A DNA stretch of 51,934 nucleotides from Deltaproteobacteria bacterium (GTDB lineage: Bacteria; Desulfobacterota; Syntrophia; Syntrophales; UBA2210): NCBI GenBank assembly GCA_018399535.1, contig JAGYOR010000001.1:1-51934 (forward strand), read 5' to 3'. A program made the position numbers and the translations under genes. The notes below the pieces were generated by a model. That model did not search any database and was not told where the DNA came from. It worked only from the letters and a program-made list of their open reading frames with translations. Each line of letters opens with the position of its first letter. Position 1 is the first letter of the stretch. Positions 9,006 to 17,675 of the stretch are shown piece after piece.

Positions 9006-9845
9006 CTACAGGATGATTTCCGAGTTCTGGGTCAGGGCGAAACAATCCAGTGTCGATCTCTCGCGTTGAATGATGTTTCGACATTCTTCAACGATGCTGT
9101 CAAGTGCTTCGTCGGTTCTTTCCTTGTTGTGATGAAACAGGCCGAACCTTCCGACACCCGCCTTGAGGGCCAGGTCCAGGGCATCGGTATACGAACTGTG
9201 ACCCCAGTGCCTCGTATGCTCGTACTCCTCCGGAGTAAACTCGGCATCGTGAATCAGGAGGTCGACGCCACTGCAGATGTCACGGTACGATTCCCGTTCA
9301 AGGCCTCCCGGGTGGACATAACCGAGTTCATTATCCGTGAGGAAAACAAAGCTTTTCCCGTCCTCGCGAAACACGTATCCCCGTCCTCCGCCGGGATGGC
9401 TGAGAGCGACAGGGGTAACAGTGACGGAATCAATGGCAAAGTCGGCGACACCGTCTTTCTCGAAGTGAATACGAGGGGCAACGACCCCGTAATCCACCGG
9501 GAAGGTGGGCGCTCTCATGAGTTTTGTCAGGATGTCTTTCATTGAATGACCAGGAACCGGGTCGCCGTAGATCGCAATATGAGAATGTTTTGAGAAAAGC
9601 GGTTTGAAAAAGGGGAACCCGATCAAGTGGTCCCAGTGGGCGTGGGTGAAAACCATGTGAAAGTCCGAGTGATTTTCCCGTTTGAGACGATTGCCGAGCT
9701 GCCGTATACCCGTGCCGGCGTCAACGATGATCACGTCGTCGTTTTTCGTTCGTATTTCAAGGCACGTAGTATCGCCGCCGTATGAGAGATATTCCGCACC
9801 TGACACGGGAATGGATCCCCTGGCCCCCCAGCATCGAATAATCAT
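9006..9845 (-). CDS. MBL-fold metallo-hydrolase (PhnP/RNase Z-like subgroup)
   Basis: 'FTHAHWDHLIGFPFF' HxHxDH motif plus distal His/Asp residues ('LIHDAEF', 'WGHSS'). Confidence 0.8.
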   Translation of the reverse strand: MIIRCWGARGSIPVSGAEYLSYGGDTTCLEIRTKNDDVIIVDAGTGIRQLGNRLKRENHSDFHMVFTHAHWDHLIGFPFFKPLFSKHSHIAIYGDPVPGHSMKDILTKLMRAPTFPVDYGVVAPRIHFEKDGVADFAIDSVTVTPVALSHPGGGRGYVFREDGKSFVFLTDNELGYVHPGGLERESYRDICSGVDLLIHDAEFTPEEYEHTRHWGHSSYTDALDLALKAGVGRFGLFHHNKERTDEALDSIVEECRNIIQRERSTLDCFALTQNSEIIL

Positions 9846-10468
9846 AAACGATCCCCTTCAGTTCCCGGTTACTGTGAATCACGCGGAGCGACCGCGCCGA
9901 CATCGCGATAATACCCTCCAGAGCCAATCAGCAAAACGACTTATTTTACCATAAAAGAGACCGGCCTGTCTCGAGAAAACCGCGTGCCGACGTGTGAAAC
10001 AAGTCGCTTCGAAGACGGCGGTTCGGTAAAAATATTCAGAAGGGATACGTTCGGGCCGCCGCGCGCAGCATGTTTTCCAGTTCACGGCGGCGGAAAGAAT
10101 CAACAGCTCCTCAATAAAACCTGAAACAGTTTCAATTATTTCATGACTGAAGGGATGCCGGTCGTCGGGAGGCACCGCCGACGTTTTGCGAAAACGAGCG
10201 TTATCAGCGACGCTGCCAAATCCGGCCCTGAATGAACCGCTTCCGGCATCATGGCGATGGATTCGGTTACGAGGCCGGTCGCGAGTTTGAGAATAACCGG
10301 CGCCGTATTCGAAAATACCGAACGAAAGCCGGGCCGCGCCTGTTCGTCTTACCGGTCATACGACCGGGTAGGCGCCTCTGCCGACGTCGGAAATGTCACA
10401 CACCGTCGAAGTCGATATAGCGTATCACGACGCAGTCAGGACAACCTTTAACCACTCCGCCGGACGGT

Positions 10469-11434
10469 TTAAACAGCCTCGATGGTGGAGGGCGGCTTTT
10501 TCGTGATGTTATAGGTGACACTTGTCACGCCCGGAACCTGGTCCGTTATTTCGTCGGCCAGCTGTTCCAGGGTTTCAAAGGGGAGCCTCGATGGAGAGGC
10601 GGTGATGGCATCCTCGCTCTCCCAGCAGCGTACCTCTATCTGGCAGCCGAAATCACGTTTTCCCGCCCTGATTCCCGTGACATGGTCTTCGTGAAGTATT
10701 GCAAGATACTGGAAGGCGGTTGTCGATGCCAGGCTCCGTTCAACGATGTCCGTCGCGTTGCTGACCATTTCCACCCGCTCGGGCGTGACTTCCCCGATGA
10801 TCCGGGCCGCAAGCGCCGGGCCCGGGAAGGGAGGACGGAGGTAAAGGTTGGGATGCAGCCCGGCCGTTTTGCCGATGATACGTATGGCAGGTTTTCTCAA
10901 CCGGATAAGGGGTTCCAGGACTTTATACCCGTATCGCTCCTCCGGGTTGATTCCGAGTTGCTCGAGAATGTTGTGCTGCCGTTTTATTCCCGCCACCGTT
11001 TCTTCCACGTCGGTATAGTTGGTGCCCTGGAGGAGATAACGGGCACCGCTTTTTTTGACCAGATCTCCGAACACGTGTTTGTAAAATGTTTCCGTGATGG
11101 CCTCGCGCTTTTCCTCGGGGTCGGTCTTACCCTTCAGGGCGTTGAAGAACATATTGACGGCGTCGATGATCTCGACAGTGATTCCCAGTTCGGCAAACCA
11201 CTGTCGAATCTGTTCGGGCTCGTTTCTCCGCATGAGACCGTTATCGATGAAGTACGATTTGAGGCGGTCTCCCAGCGCCTTGTGGGCGAGTATGGTCACG
11301 ACCGCTGAATCAACGCCGCCGGAGAGGGCATTGACGGCTGTTCCCGTTCCCACGGAAGCGGATATTTCCGAAACCGTCGTTTCTATGAATTCCTGGGCGT
11401 TCAACCCCTGAAGCGGTATTTCCTGCACGTTCAT
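10469..11434 (-). CDS. Stand-alone GMP synthase ATP-pyrophosphatase (subunit B-like) PP-loop protein
   Basis: PP-loop 'LSGGVDSAV', 'FFNALKGKTDPEEKR', 'RPPFPGPALAARIIGEVT', C-terminal 'ITKKPPSTIEAV'. No glutamine amidotransferase domain. AGGAG lies 8 nt upstream of the ATG. Confidence 0.75.
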   Translation of the reverse strand: MNVQEIPLQGLNAQEFIETTVSEISASVGTGTAVNALSGGVDSAVVTILAHKALGDRLKSYFIDNGLMRRNEPEQIRQWFAELGITVEIIDAVNMFFNALKGKTDPEEKREAITETFYKHVFGDLVKKSGARYLLQGTNYTDVEETVAGIKRQHNILEQLGINPEERYGYKVLEPLIRLRKPAIRIIGKTAGLHPNLYLRPPFPGPALAARIIGEVTPERVEMVSNATDIVERSLASTTAFQYLAILHEDHVTGIRAGKRDFGCQIEVRCWESEDAITASPSRLPFETLEQLADEITDQVPGVTSVTYNITKKPPSTIEAV

Positions 11435-11539
11435 TGTACGAAGGCTCCTGTTAAATTTTTTTGCGGTGAAAAAGAGGGGTTAATAAAAAGCGATCACTAC
11501 CATGAAATCCGGTGGAAATGCAAGCCTGAAGGTGAACCC

Positions 11540-11570
11540 GACGCCCGGATCGATCCAGGTTCCGGGCGTC
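11540..11570 (-). terminator. Stem-loop downstream of the 11592..12692 gene (possible terminator, no U-tract)
   Basis: Perfect 10-bp stem gacgcccgga/tccgggcgtc with an 11-nt loop, 22 nt past the stop codon. Confidence 0.3.
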
Positions 11571-11591
11571 TCTTTAGAACGGCGCCGACAC

Positions 11592-12692
11592 TCAATATCT
11601 GAAAACAGCCGCGATAGGTCCACCGCCGGGAACGGAGGAAGGATCGAGAACATGGACTGTTCCGCTGTTGAGAAGCGTTCGAATCGCCGCGAAGTCGAGG
11701 AGATCTTCCGAGATCGGGTCGGTCGGTTCCGTTACGTGAATCTGGTCGTTATCTTCGTCGAATACGCCCCACTCCTGGACGCCGCGGGCAACGAAAAGTA
11801 TGCCGATGCGACCGTGATGGGCGGCCCGAATGATTTCTCTGAGATCGCGGGACGCCAGTCCCGTGCCGGCGCTTTCCCGGTACTGTGAAAGGGCGTCATT
11901 TTCTTTTTCCTGCAGGATAGCTTCGACGAGCGGCATGGCCAGTCCATGAAGATCATCGGCGGACAGTCCCTCGGGATTACCGGAAATCGTTGTTTCGAGG
12001 AGCCAGGGATAGGTGTTCGCCTCGCGGTATATGGGGAAAAGATATTCCACGCCGGCGAAGATGAGCGCGTCGCGCCGATCCCGCAAATATTCCTGCAATC
12101 CGCGATCGACCTGCTGGAAAAATTTAAGGGCCTGGGCCTTGGTATCCTCGCTTCCGGTATGAAGTTGCAGCCTCTTTTCGAAATCGTCCAGGTCGAGGGC
12201 TTCCGAAAGACCACGGGGGATTCCCTCAAGGTGAATTTCCTTTCGCTGCCGCCGGGTGCATTCGAAAAGTCGAATATTCCTCAAACTCGCGGCGAGAATA
12301 AAAAAGACAATATCACGCGCCATGATTCCGATGAGCGGCTTTAGATGAAAACGTTCCGCTACGACAACCAGTTCATCGAATGAATCCGGCGATTTGAAGG
12401 AATGAAATGAATCGGGTGAAAGAAAAAGCGCGAATCCCTGTTTCTGGTTACGCCAGAAAAGTTCGTTGTTCATCAGCTCCTGCGCTGGCGAGAGCAACTC
12501 TCTGATTTCCGACGGGCGCAGGTCCCGTTGCGTGAGCTGGTTTTCCGCATCGCGTATCAGGTTTTTAAAACGAATCTGGTTCTGCTGTGTTTCTGCGCCC
12601 TTCCGATGGGTTGGCATGTAAAGTGAGATGCAGACGCCTACGTGTTTGTGTGCCAGGTCCAGTAATTCGTCGAGAGATTGGACGGTGTTCAT
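11592..12692 (-). CDS. Hypothetical protein, possibly a bacterial eRF1/Dom34-like (baeRF-type) family member
   Basis: 366-aa ORF with an AAGGGAGG RBS. The N-terminal pattern 'VCISLYMPTHRKGAETQQNQIRFKNLIRDAENQL' matches what I recall of baeRF-type proteins. This is a memory-based, unverified call. Confidence 0.45.
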   Translation of the reverse strand: MNTVQSLDELLDLAHKHVGVCISLYMPTHRKGAETQQNQIRFKNLIRDAENQLTQRDLRPSEIRELLSPAQELMNNELFWRNQKQGFALFLSPDSFHSFKSPDSFDELVVVAERFHLKPLIGIMARDIVFFILAASLRNIRLFECTRRQRKEIHLEGIPRGLSEALDLDDFEKRLQLHTGSEDTKAQALKFFQQVDRGLQEYLRDRRDALIFAGVEYLFPIYREANTYPWLLETTISGNPEGLSADDLHGLAMPLVEAILQEKENDALSQYRESAGTGLASRDLREIIRAAHHGRIGILFVARGVQEWGVFDEDNDQIHVTEPTDPISEDLLDFAAIRTLLNSGTVHVLDPSSVPGGGPIAAVFRY

Positions 12693-12821
12693 TGCGCAAG
12701 ACCTCCCTTTTGTTGTATCCGTTCGTCCGTTCTTTTTCCTTCCGTGAAACAGGGATGGTGTGTCATGCTGGAGGGTATGAAGATATTGACGTGAGTCAAA
12801 GAGAATTTCCTCATTTTTTGT

Positions 12822-12849
12822 TTCATGTTCCTGCGTTCATGTTCCTGCG
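12822..12849. repeat. Perfect tandem duplication of a 14-bp unit (ttcatgttcctgcg x2) in a divergent promoter region
   Basis: Read directly: ttcatgttcctgcgttcatgttcctgcg. Confidence 0.9.
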
Positions 12850-12994
12850 TGTCGATTCACCGGCTGAAGGCGCGAGCCGTTTTTCATTCTCACATCAGAC
12901 CATAAAAATTGTACATTGTTACCCTTTAATAATAAAGGTAAAAAATCTCAAGTCCCGGAAGGAATGCTGGCCGCGGGACAGGGAGCGGGACACC

Positions 12995-13022
12995 TTGCCA
13001 TTTCGAAAGTCCTGTGTATAGT
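12995..13022 (+). promoter_or_regulatory. Candidate sigma-70-type promoter (TTGCCA-16 nt-TATAGT) for the PAS kinase gene
   Basis: ttgccatttcgaaagtcctgtgtatagt, 33 nt upstream of the ATG. AAGGAG RBS at 13044-13049. Confidence 0.4.
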
Positions 13023-13054
13023 ATTCACCATTCGAACGCACCGAAGGAGCCGAC

Positions 13055-15325
13055 ATGCACAAGAAATCCTCTTCAGAACCTCTCACGGCCCCCGGTTTTC
13101 AGGAAGAAACCAGGCCGGGCCGTGTCCTTGAATCTGAAAAAATACAGAGCGTTACCCTGATTTCCTTCGAAGGAATCTGTGTTCACGCGGACGGGAAAAT
13201 CCTGGACGCGAACCAGGCCCTGTCGAACATGACAGGTTACAGTCCCGAGGAACTCGTAGGGACCGAGCTCCTGAGCCTGGTTGCCCCGGAATACCACGAA
13301 ACAGTGCTTGAACATGTTAATTCCGGCCGCGAGGAGCCCTACGAGGTAATGGCGGTACATAAAGACGGTACGCTATTCCCTATGGAAATACAGGGGAAGA
13401 ACATGCACTTCGAGGGTCATATCATCAGGATAGCGTCCTTTCGGGATGTTACCGAACGCAACCGCGCGGAAGAACTCTACCGGATACTGACAAACAGGCT
13501 GCAGACAGGCGTGTATATCGTTCAGGACGGTCGTTTCCGTTTCGTCAATTCACTTTTTGAATCATACACGGGGTATACCAAGGAAGAGGCACTGGGACGC
13601 AGCGGCCTTATGGCGGTGCATCCCCGGGATAAGAAAACACTGAAGATGCAGGCCTCCCAGATGTTGCGCGGAGAAAGGACATCTCCCTGTGAGTTCAGAA
13701 TTATCAGGAAAGACGGCCAGGTTCGACGCGTCATGGGATTGGTGAGTCATATCCAGTTTAACAAACGTCCGGCGATTCTTGGAAGCGGCATGGATATAAC
13801 GGAACTTCGAAAGGCCCAGAAAAAACTCGAAGACCTGGAGGCCCTGGAATCGCTTATTCTGGATACGATTCCTCACGCCGTTCTGGGGCTTGAGAATCGC
13901 CGCGTCATTTTTGCGAATAACGGTGTCCGTGATGTTTTTGGAAGGGAGCCCGCCGATCTGATCGGTCAAAGCAGCCGTGTTCTGTACCGGAGCGAAAAAG
14001 ATTTCAGAGAAACGGGGCGGGCTTTTTACGGCGATTCGACGAAGCAGAAATTTCATCGAGACGAAGTGGAGTGCAGGCATCTCGACGGGCGGAACATTCT
14101 CTGCGCCCTGACGGGTTCGAAACTGGGCGCCAGTTCCCGGAGCAGAAAGGCGGTTGTCGTTTTTGAAGACATTACGAAACGCAAGCAGTCGGAAGCCGCG
14201 CTGGTGAGAGAACGCGACTTCGCGGAAAGCCTTATTGAAACGGCCCAGGCCCTGGTCCTGGTACTCGATCCGGAGGGAAGAATTGTTCGGTTCAACCCTT
14301 ACACGGAGGATGTGCTCGGTTATTCCCTGGAGGAGGTCCGCGGCAAACCCTGGATGGAAACGTTCATGCCCGCGTCGGAATGGCGGGTCATGAGAACGGC
14401 GTTTCGCGAAGCACTTAACGAGCAGCAGACGACGGAACGCACGAATATCCTCATAACGCGCGATGGGTCGAAGCGCATCGTCAACTGGTGCAGCAAGACG
14501 CTCCGCGGAAGCGGAGGCGACATGATCGGCCTGCTGACAGTGGGACAGGATGTTACCGAGGCGAAAGAAGCGGAAAAAAAGCTTTCGGAAAATTACGAGA
14601 GGATGCGGCTCATGTCGTCAGAACTGGCCCGCACCGAGGAACGGGAACGGCAACAACTTGCCACGGAGTTGCACGATCGCATCGGCCAGACAATGGCGGT
14701 GGCCAAGATGAAGCTCGAGGCGCTGCAGAAAGACGCCGAGGCGACGAGACTATCGGAACCGCTCGATGAAATCCTGGGAATTGTTGATCAGTTGATCAAA
14801 GATACCAGGTCGCTGACATTCGACCTGAGTCCTCCCGTGCTGTACATACTCGGTCTCGCGGCCGCACTCGAGTGGCTGGCCGAACAATACCAGACGAAAT
14901 ACGGACTCAAAGTGCATTTCCGCAAGCAGGGAGCCGGAAAAGTGAAGCTGGACAAGGACCGGGATTTTGTTCTGTTTCGTTGCGCACAGGAACTGTTGAT
15001 GAACGTAACGAAGCACGCCAGGGCGGAAAACGTTCTGGTCATGATGAAAACAAGCGGAAAAAAGCTTGAAATCGTGATTGAGGATGACGGCATAGGCATC
15101 GATACGGGTATTCTCAAGGCGCCGCGGGAATGGACGAAGGGATTCGGCCTTTTCAGTATCCGCGAGCGAGTGAGCTTCCTGGGCGGTCGGTTTTTCGTCG
15201 AATCCGTTCCCGGAGGGGGAACGAGGACGCGCATGGTTGTCTACGATACCTCATCCGCCCGGCGCCCGGGAGCGAAGAACGCCGGTGACGGGTCATTCGA
15301 CGGGCGTCTGTCGCAGGAGTCGTGA
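13055..15325 (+). CDS. Soluble multi-PAS sensor histidine kinase, HisKA_3 (NarX/DegS-type) class
   Basis: Four PAS-like repeats ('..RDVTERNRAEE..', 'MDITELRKAQKKLE', 'FEDITKRKQSEAAL', 'GQDVTEAKEAEKKL' linkers). H-box 'ELHDRIGQTM', HATPase 'IEDDGIGI...GFGLFSIRERV..GG'. No obvious TM segment. Confidence 0.9.
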   Translation: MHKKSSSEPLTAPGFQEETRPGRVLESEKIQSVTLISFEGICVHADGKILDANQALSNMTGYSPEELVGTELLSLVAPEYHETVLEHVNSGREEPYEVMAVHKDGTLFPMEIQGKNMHFEGHIIRIASFRDVTERNRAEELYRILTNRLQTGVYIVQDGRFRFVNSLFESYTGYTKEEALGRSGLMAVHPRDKKTLKMQASQMLRGERTSPCEFRIIRKDGQVRRVMGLVSHIQFNKRPAILGSGMDITELRKAQKKLEDLEALESLILDTIPHAVLGLENRRVIFANNGVRDVFGREPADLIGQSSRVLYRSEKDFRETGRAFYGDSTKQKFHRDEVECRHLDGRNILCALTGSKLGASSRSRKAVVVFEDITKRKQSEAALVRERDFAESLIETAQALVLVLDPEGRIVRFNPYTEDVLGYSLEEVRGKPWMETFMPASEWRVMRTAFREALNEQQTTERTNILITRDGSKRIVNWCSKTLRGSGGDMIGLLTVGQDVTEAKEAEKKLSENYERMRLMSSELARTEERERQQLATELHDRIGQTMAVAKMKLEALQKDAEATRLSEPLDEILGIVDQLIKDTRSLTFDLSPPVLYILGLAAALEWLAEQYQTKYGLKVHFRKQGAGKVKLDKDRDFVLFRCAQELLMNVTKHARAENVLVMMKTSGKKLEIVIEDDGIGIDTGILKAPREWTKGFGLFSIRERVSFLGGRFFVESVPGGGTRTRMVVYDTSSARRPGAKNAGDGSFDGRLSQES

Positions 15326-15588
15326 TGGAACGTTGCTGTCGGATACCGTGAAAACGTTCAAAACTCATCCATTTCCTGAGATGGGTATCGGTGAATCGGG
15401 CACTCCAAAACCAGAGTATGCCTGATTGCAACGGGGGGTGACATGAATTATTCGACGTAAAAGAATCATTACGCCAGGCACCGACCGAGGGCGGGTTTTT
15501 CTCCAGCTTCCGACAGCGCAATCGATCCGTTCTCTTTTTCGGTCGTCGCGGTTCATTCCTTCTTTGACAGCCTGGAAAGCATGTGCCG

Positions 15589-16236
15589 ATGAACATCAAG
15601 ATTCTTCTCGCTGATGACCACAAAATAGTTCGTGACGGCCTCCGTACCCTTATCGAAAAAGAACCGGGTATGGAAGTGATCGCCACGGCGGAAAGCGGCG
15701 TGGATGCCGTTGCCCTGGCGAAGCGGTTTTCTCCCGACGTGGTGATCATGGACATTTCCATGCCGGACATGAACGGAATCGATGCCACCCGTCTTATTCT
15801 GAAGGAAGCCCCGCCGCTCAGGGTTATAGCGCTGTCCATGTACTCCGACCGCCTTTTCGTTTCGGGTATGCTCGAAGCCGGTGCGTCGGGCTACCTGCTC
15901 AAGGATTGCGCTTTTGAAGAACTTGTCGTTACCGTCCGTACAGTCGTGGCGGGCAATATCTACCTGAGTCCCAAGATTGCCGGCGTAGTCGTGGATAAAA
16001 AAACCGGGAAACCGTGCCTGCCGAGGTCCGCGGGAAGCGCGTGCCTGACGCGCCGGGAACGCGAAGTATTCCGGGAACTGGCGGAAGATCTTTCCGTCCG
16101 GGAGATTGCTTCCAAGCTGGGCATCAGTCCCAAAACCGTCGAGGCGCACCGCCGCAACATCATGGGAAAACTGTGTATCAGCAGTGTATCGGAGCTGATC
16201 AAGTACGCCATCCGTGAAGGAATTATCACCGTCTGA
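15589..16236 (+). CDS. LuxR/NarL-family response regulator, close paralogue of 184..840
   Basis: 'MNIKILLADDHKIVRDGLRTLIEKEPGMEVI', 'PDVVIMDISMPDMNGIDATR', HTH 'LTRREREVFRELAEDLSVREIA..PKTVEAHRRNIMGKL'. The ORF-track GTG at 15583 is also possible. Confidence 0.9.
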   Translation: MNIKILLADDHKIVRDGLRTLIEKEPGMEVIATAESGVDAVALAKRFSPDVVIMDISMPDMNGIDATRLILKEAPPLRVIALSMYSDRLFVSGMLEAGASGYLLKDCAFEELVVTVRTVVAGNIYLSPKIAGVVVDKKTGKPCLPRSAGSACLTRREREVFRELAEDLSVREIASKLGISPKTVEAHRRNIMGKLCISSVSELIKYAIREGIITV

Positions 16237-16464
16237 CCAGTGGGCGGCGATTCCTCCGTCGCCGTGTCTTCTGTTATTGCAGGCTTTATTTTTTTCAATT
16301 TGTCCCGTGCCGGCATGCCCGGTGAAATCTCCGGTTTCCATGAAAACATTATTCGGTTGCAATATCGACGACGAGTTACTACGATTTGGACAACGGGGCA
16401 CGTGGAAGTGCGGCGGTGTCGCGGTTCCCGGAAGCTCAGCGATTCCGTTTGAAAAGAGGAGATA

Positions 16465-17436
16465 ATGACTGGCATGCAATCGCCGGGATACAACGATCTT
16501 TACGACTATGCAGATTACTGTGTCAGGGATGGACGGCACGAGGAAGCCCTGGCATTGTACGAGAAGCTTCTTGAAATGAACCCGGGCAATGATTCCCTGC
16601 TTTTTTCCATCGCCTGGGTCTATCGCGATATGGGGAACGCCGACAAGGCGCTCGAATGGCTTGAACGGCTTCTTGAGCGGGAACTCGCCAGGAATGTTTT
16701 TACGGGTTTCGCCTACGATGAACTGGTGAAGACCTACCGTGAAATGGGTGAATACGGTAAGCTTGTTCATCTCTGTGAACGGGCGGCCGAGGTCTATCCC
16801 GATGAAACGGCCCTCCTGGCAACGCTGGGCGACGCCTGTCTCAGAAGTGGAAAACATGAACGGGCCTTCCAGGTGTTTTCGACGCTTGTGGAAATGGAAG
16901 CCGATATGCCGCTTTATCACCTGAACAAGGGCGTGGCCGCCGCGGGAATCGGCCGGTACGAAACGGCCGAGCAGGCCTGCGCCGAGGCTGTCCGCCTGGA
17001 ACCCGGCAACGGTCCCATGGTTTACGACAGGATAGCCGCCGCGTATGAAGAGGCGGGGTGCTGGGACAGGGCCGAGGCGTCGCGGAGGCGATCGATCGAC
17101 GCCGACCGCGACAACCCTCTTTATCGGTGTTCCCTGGGGGACCTGTACCTGCGGCAGGGGAAAATCGAGGACGCCCGAAACGTTTACGACGAGGCATGCG
17201 GGATCGATCCTTCGTCCCGGGGTGCATTTCGAAACCGGCTTGCCAACATGATGCTCAGGGAAGGACTGGTTCGCGAGGCGATCGGTGAATTCGAAAAAGC
17301 TGTTTCGGCGGATCCTCACAATCCTTTTTATTATTTCAGCCTTATAGTCTGTTGCGAACAGGTTGGCGATGAAGACCGGGCCGCCCGTTTCAGGGACAGG
17401 GGACGTCGCGAAGGGGTGCTGCCGGACGATTCGTGA
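16465..17436 (+). CDS. Tetratricopeptide-repeat protein
   Basis: Repeated 34-aa A/Y/L patterns ('EEALALYEKLLEMNPGN', 'ETAEQACAEAVRLEPGN', 'EAIGEFEKAVSADPHNP'). GAGGAG RBS. Confidence 0.75.
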   Translation: MTGMQSPGYNDLYDYADYCVRDGRHEEALALYEKLLEMNPGNDSLLFSIAWVYRDMGNADKALEWLERLLERELARNVFTGFAYDELVKTYREMGEYGKLVHLCERAAEVYPDETALLATLGDACLRSGKHERAFQVFSTLVEMEADMPLYHLNKGVAAAGIGRYETAEQACAEAVRLEPGNGPMVYDRIAAAYEEAGCWDRAEASRRRSIDADRDNPLYRCSLGDLYLRQGKIEDARNVYDEACGIDPSSRGAFRNRLANMMLREGLVREAIGEFEKAVSADPHNPFYYFSLIVCCEQVGDEDRAARFRDRGRREGVLPDDS

Positions 17437-17599
17437 ATGAACCCGCGCTGCGAGTAATAACGTCTTGTAATGCATACGCAAAACGGCGGCCACGTGGCGG
17501 GAGACGGACCGTCGGCGACAGGCGTGCGTGGAGAAACTCCTCCTTGACATGAAGGACGGGAATGGGATACAAAGCCCGTCGTAAGCGGCGGTTTTACGT

Positions 17600-17675
17600 G
17601 GGGATGTAGCTCAGTTGGGAGAGCGCGGCGTTCGCAATGCCGAGGCCAGGGGTTCGAGCCCCCTCATCTCCACCA
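17600..17675 (+). tRNA. tRNA-Ala (anticodon CGC), CCA encoded
   Basis: Folded by hand. The acceptor stem GGGGATG/CATCTCC carries the G3:U70 alanine identity pair. D arm GCTC/GAGC, anticodon stem CGGCG/TGCCG with loop TTCGCAA, T arm AGGGG-TTCGAGC-CCCCT, then ACCA. Confidence 0.92.

Noticed and set aside
9879-10175. 98-aa minus-strand ORF (GTG start) inside the large non-coding gap. Also the 62-aa and 66-aa plus-strand ORFs at 10232..10451.
   Set aside because: They have no RBS and an Arg-rich tail, and the 98-aa ORF overlaps the extended -10 promoter candidate of the downstream MBL gene. None shows a recognisable motif, so the region is treated as non-coding (see the finding on 9846-10468).
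10256-10285. 'ggattcgg..' resembles the 5' 'GGATTCGAC' of tmRNA. The gap was also checked for the conserved cores of RNase P and SRP RNA.
   Set aside because: No tRNA-like 3' end (T-arm/CCA), no tag reading frame, and no 'GAAAGTCCGG' or 'GGAAGCAGCC'-type cores are present. The resemblance is limited to a few bases.
15553-17550. 665-aa antisense ORF spanning the LuxR regulator, an intergenic spacer and the TPR gene. Similar long antisense ORFs lie at 45988..47709, 4518..5588, 6020..7057, 23453..24622 and 48172..49278.
   Set aside because: Their translations are Arg/Gly/His/Pro-rich and low-complexity, with no recognisable motifs and no RBS. The opposite strand encodes proteins with unambiguous family motifs in every case. 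These are typical shadow ORFs of GC-rich coding sequence.
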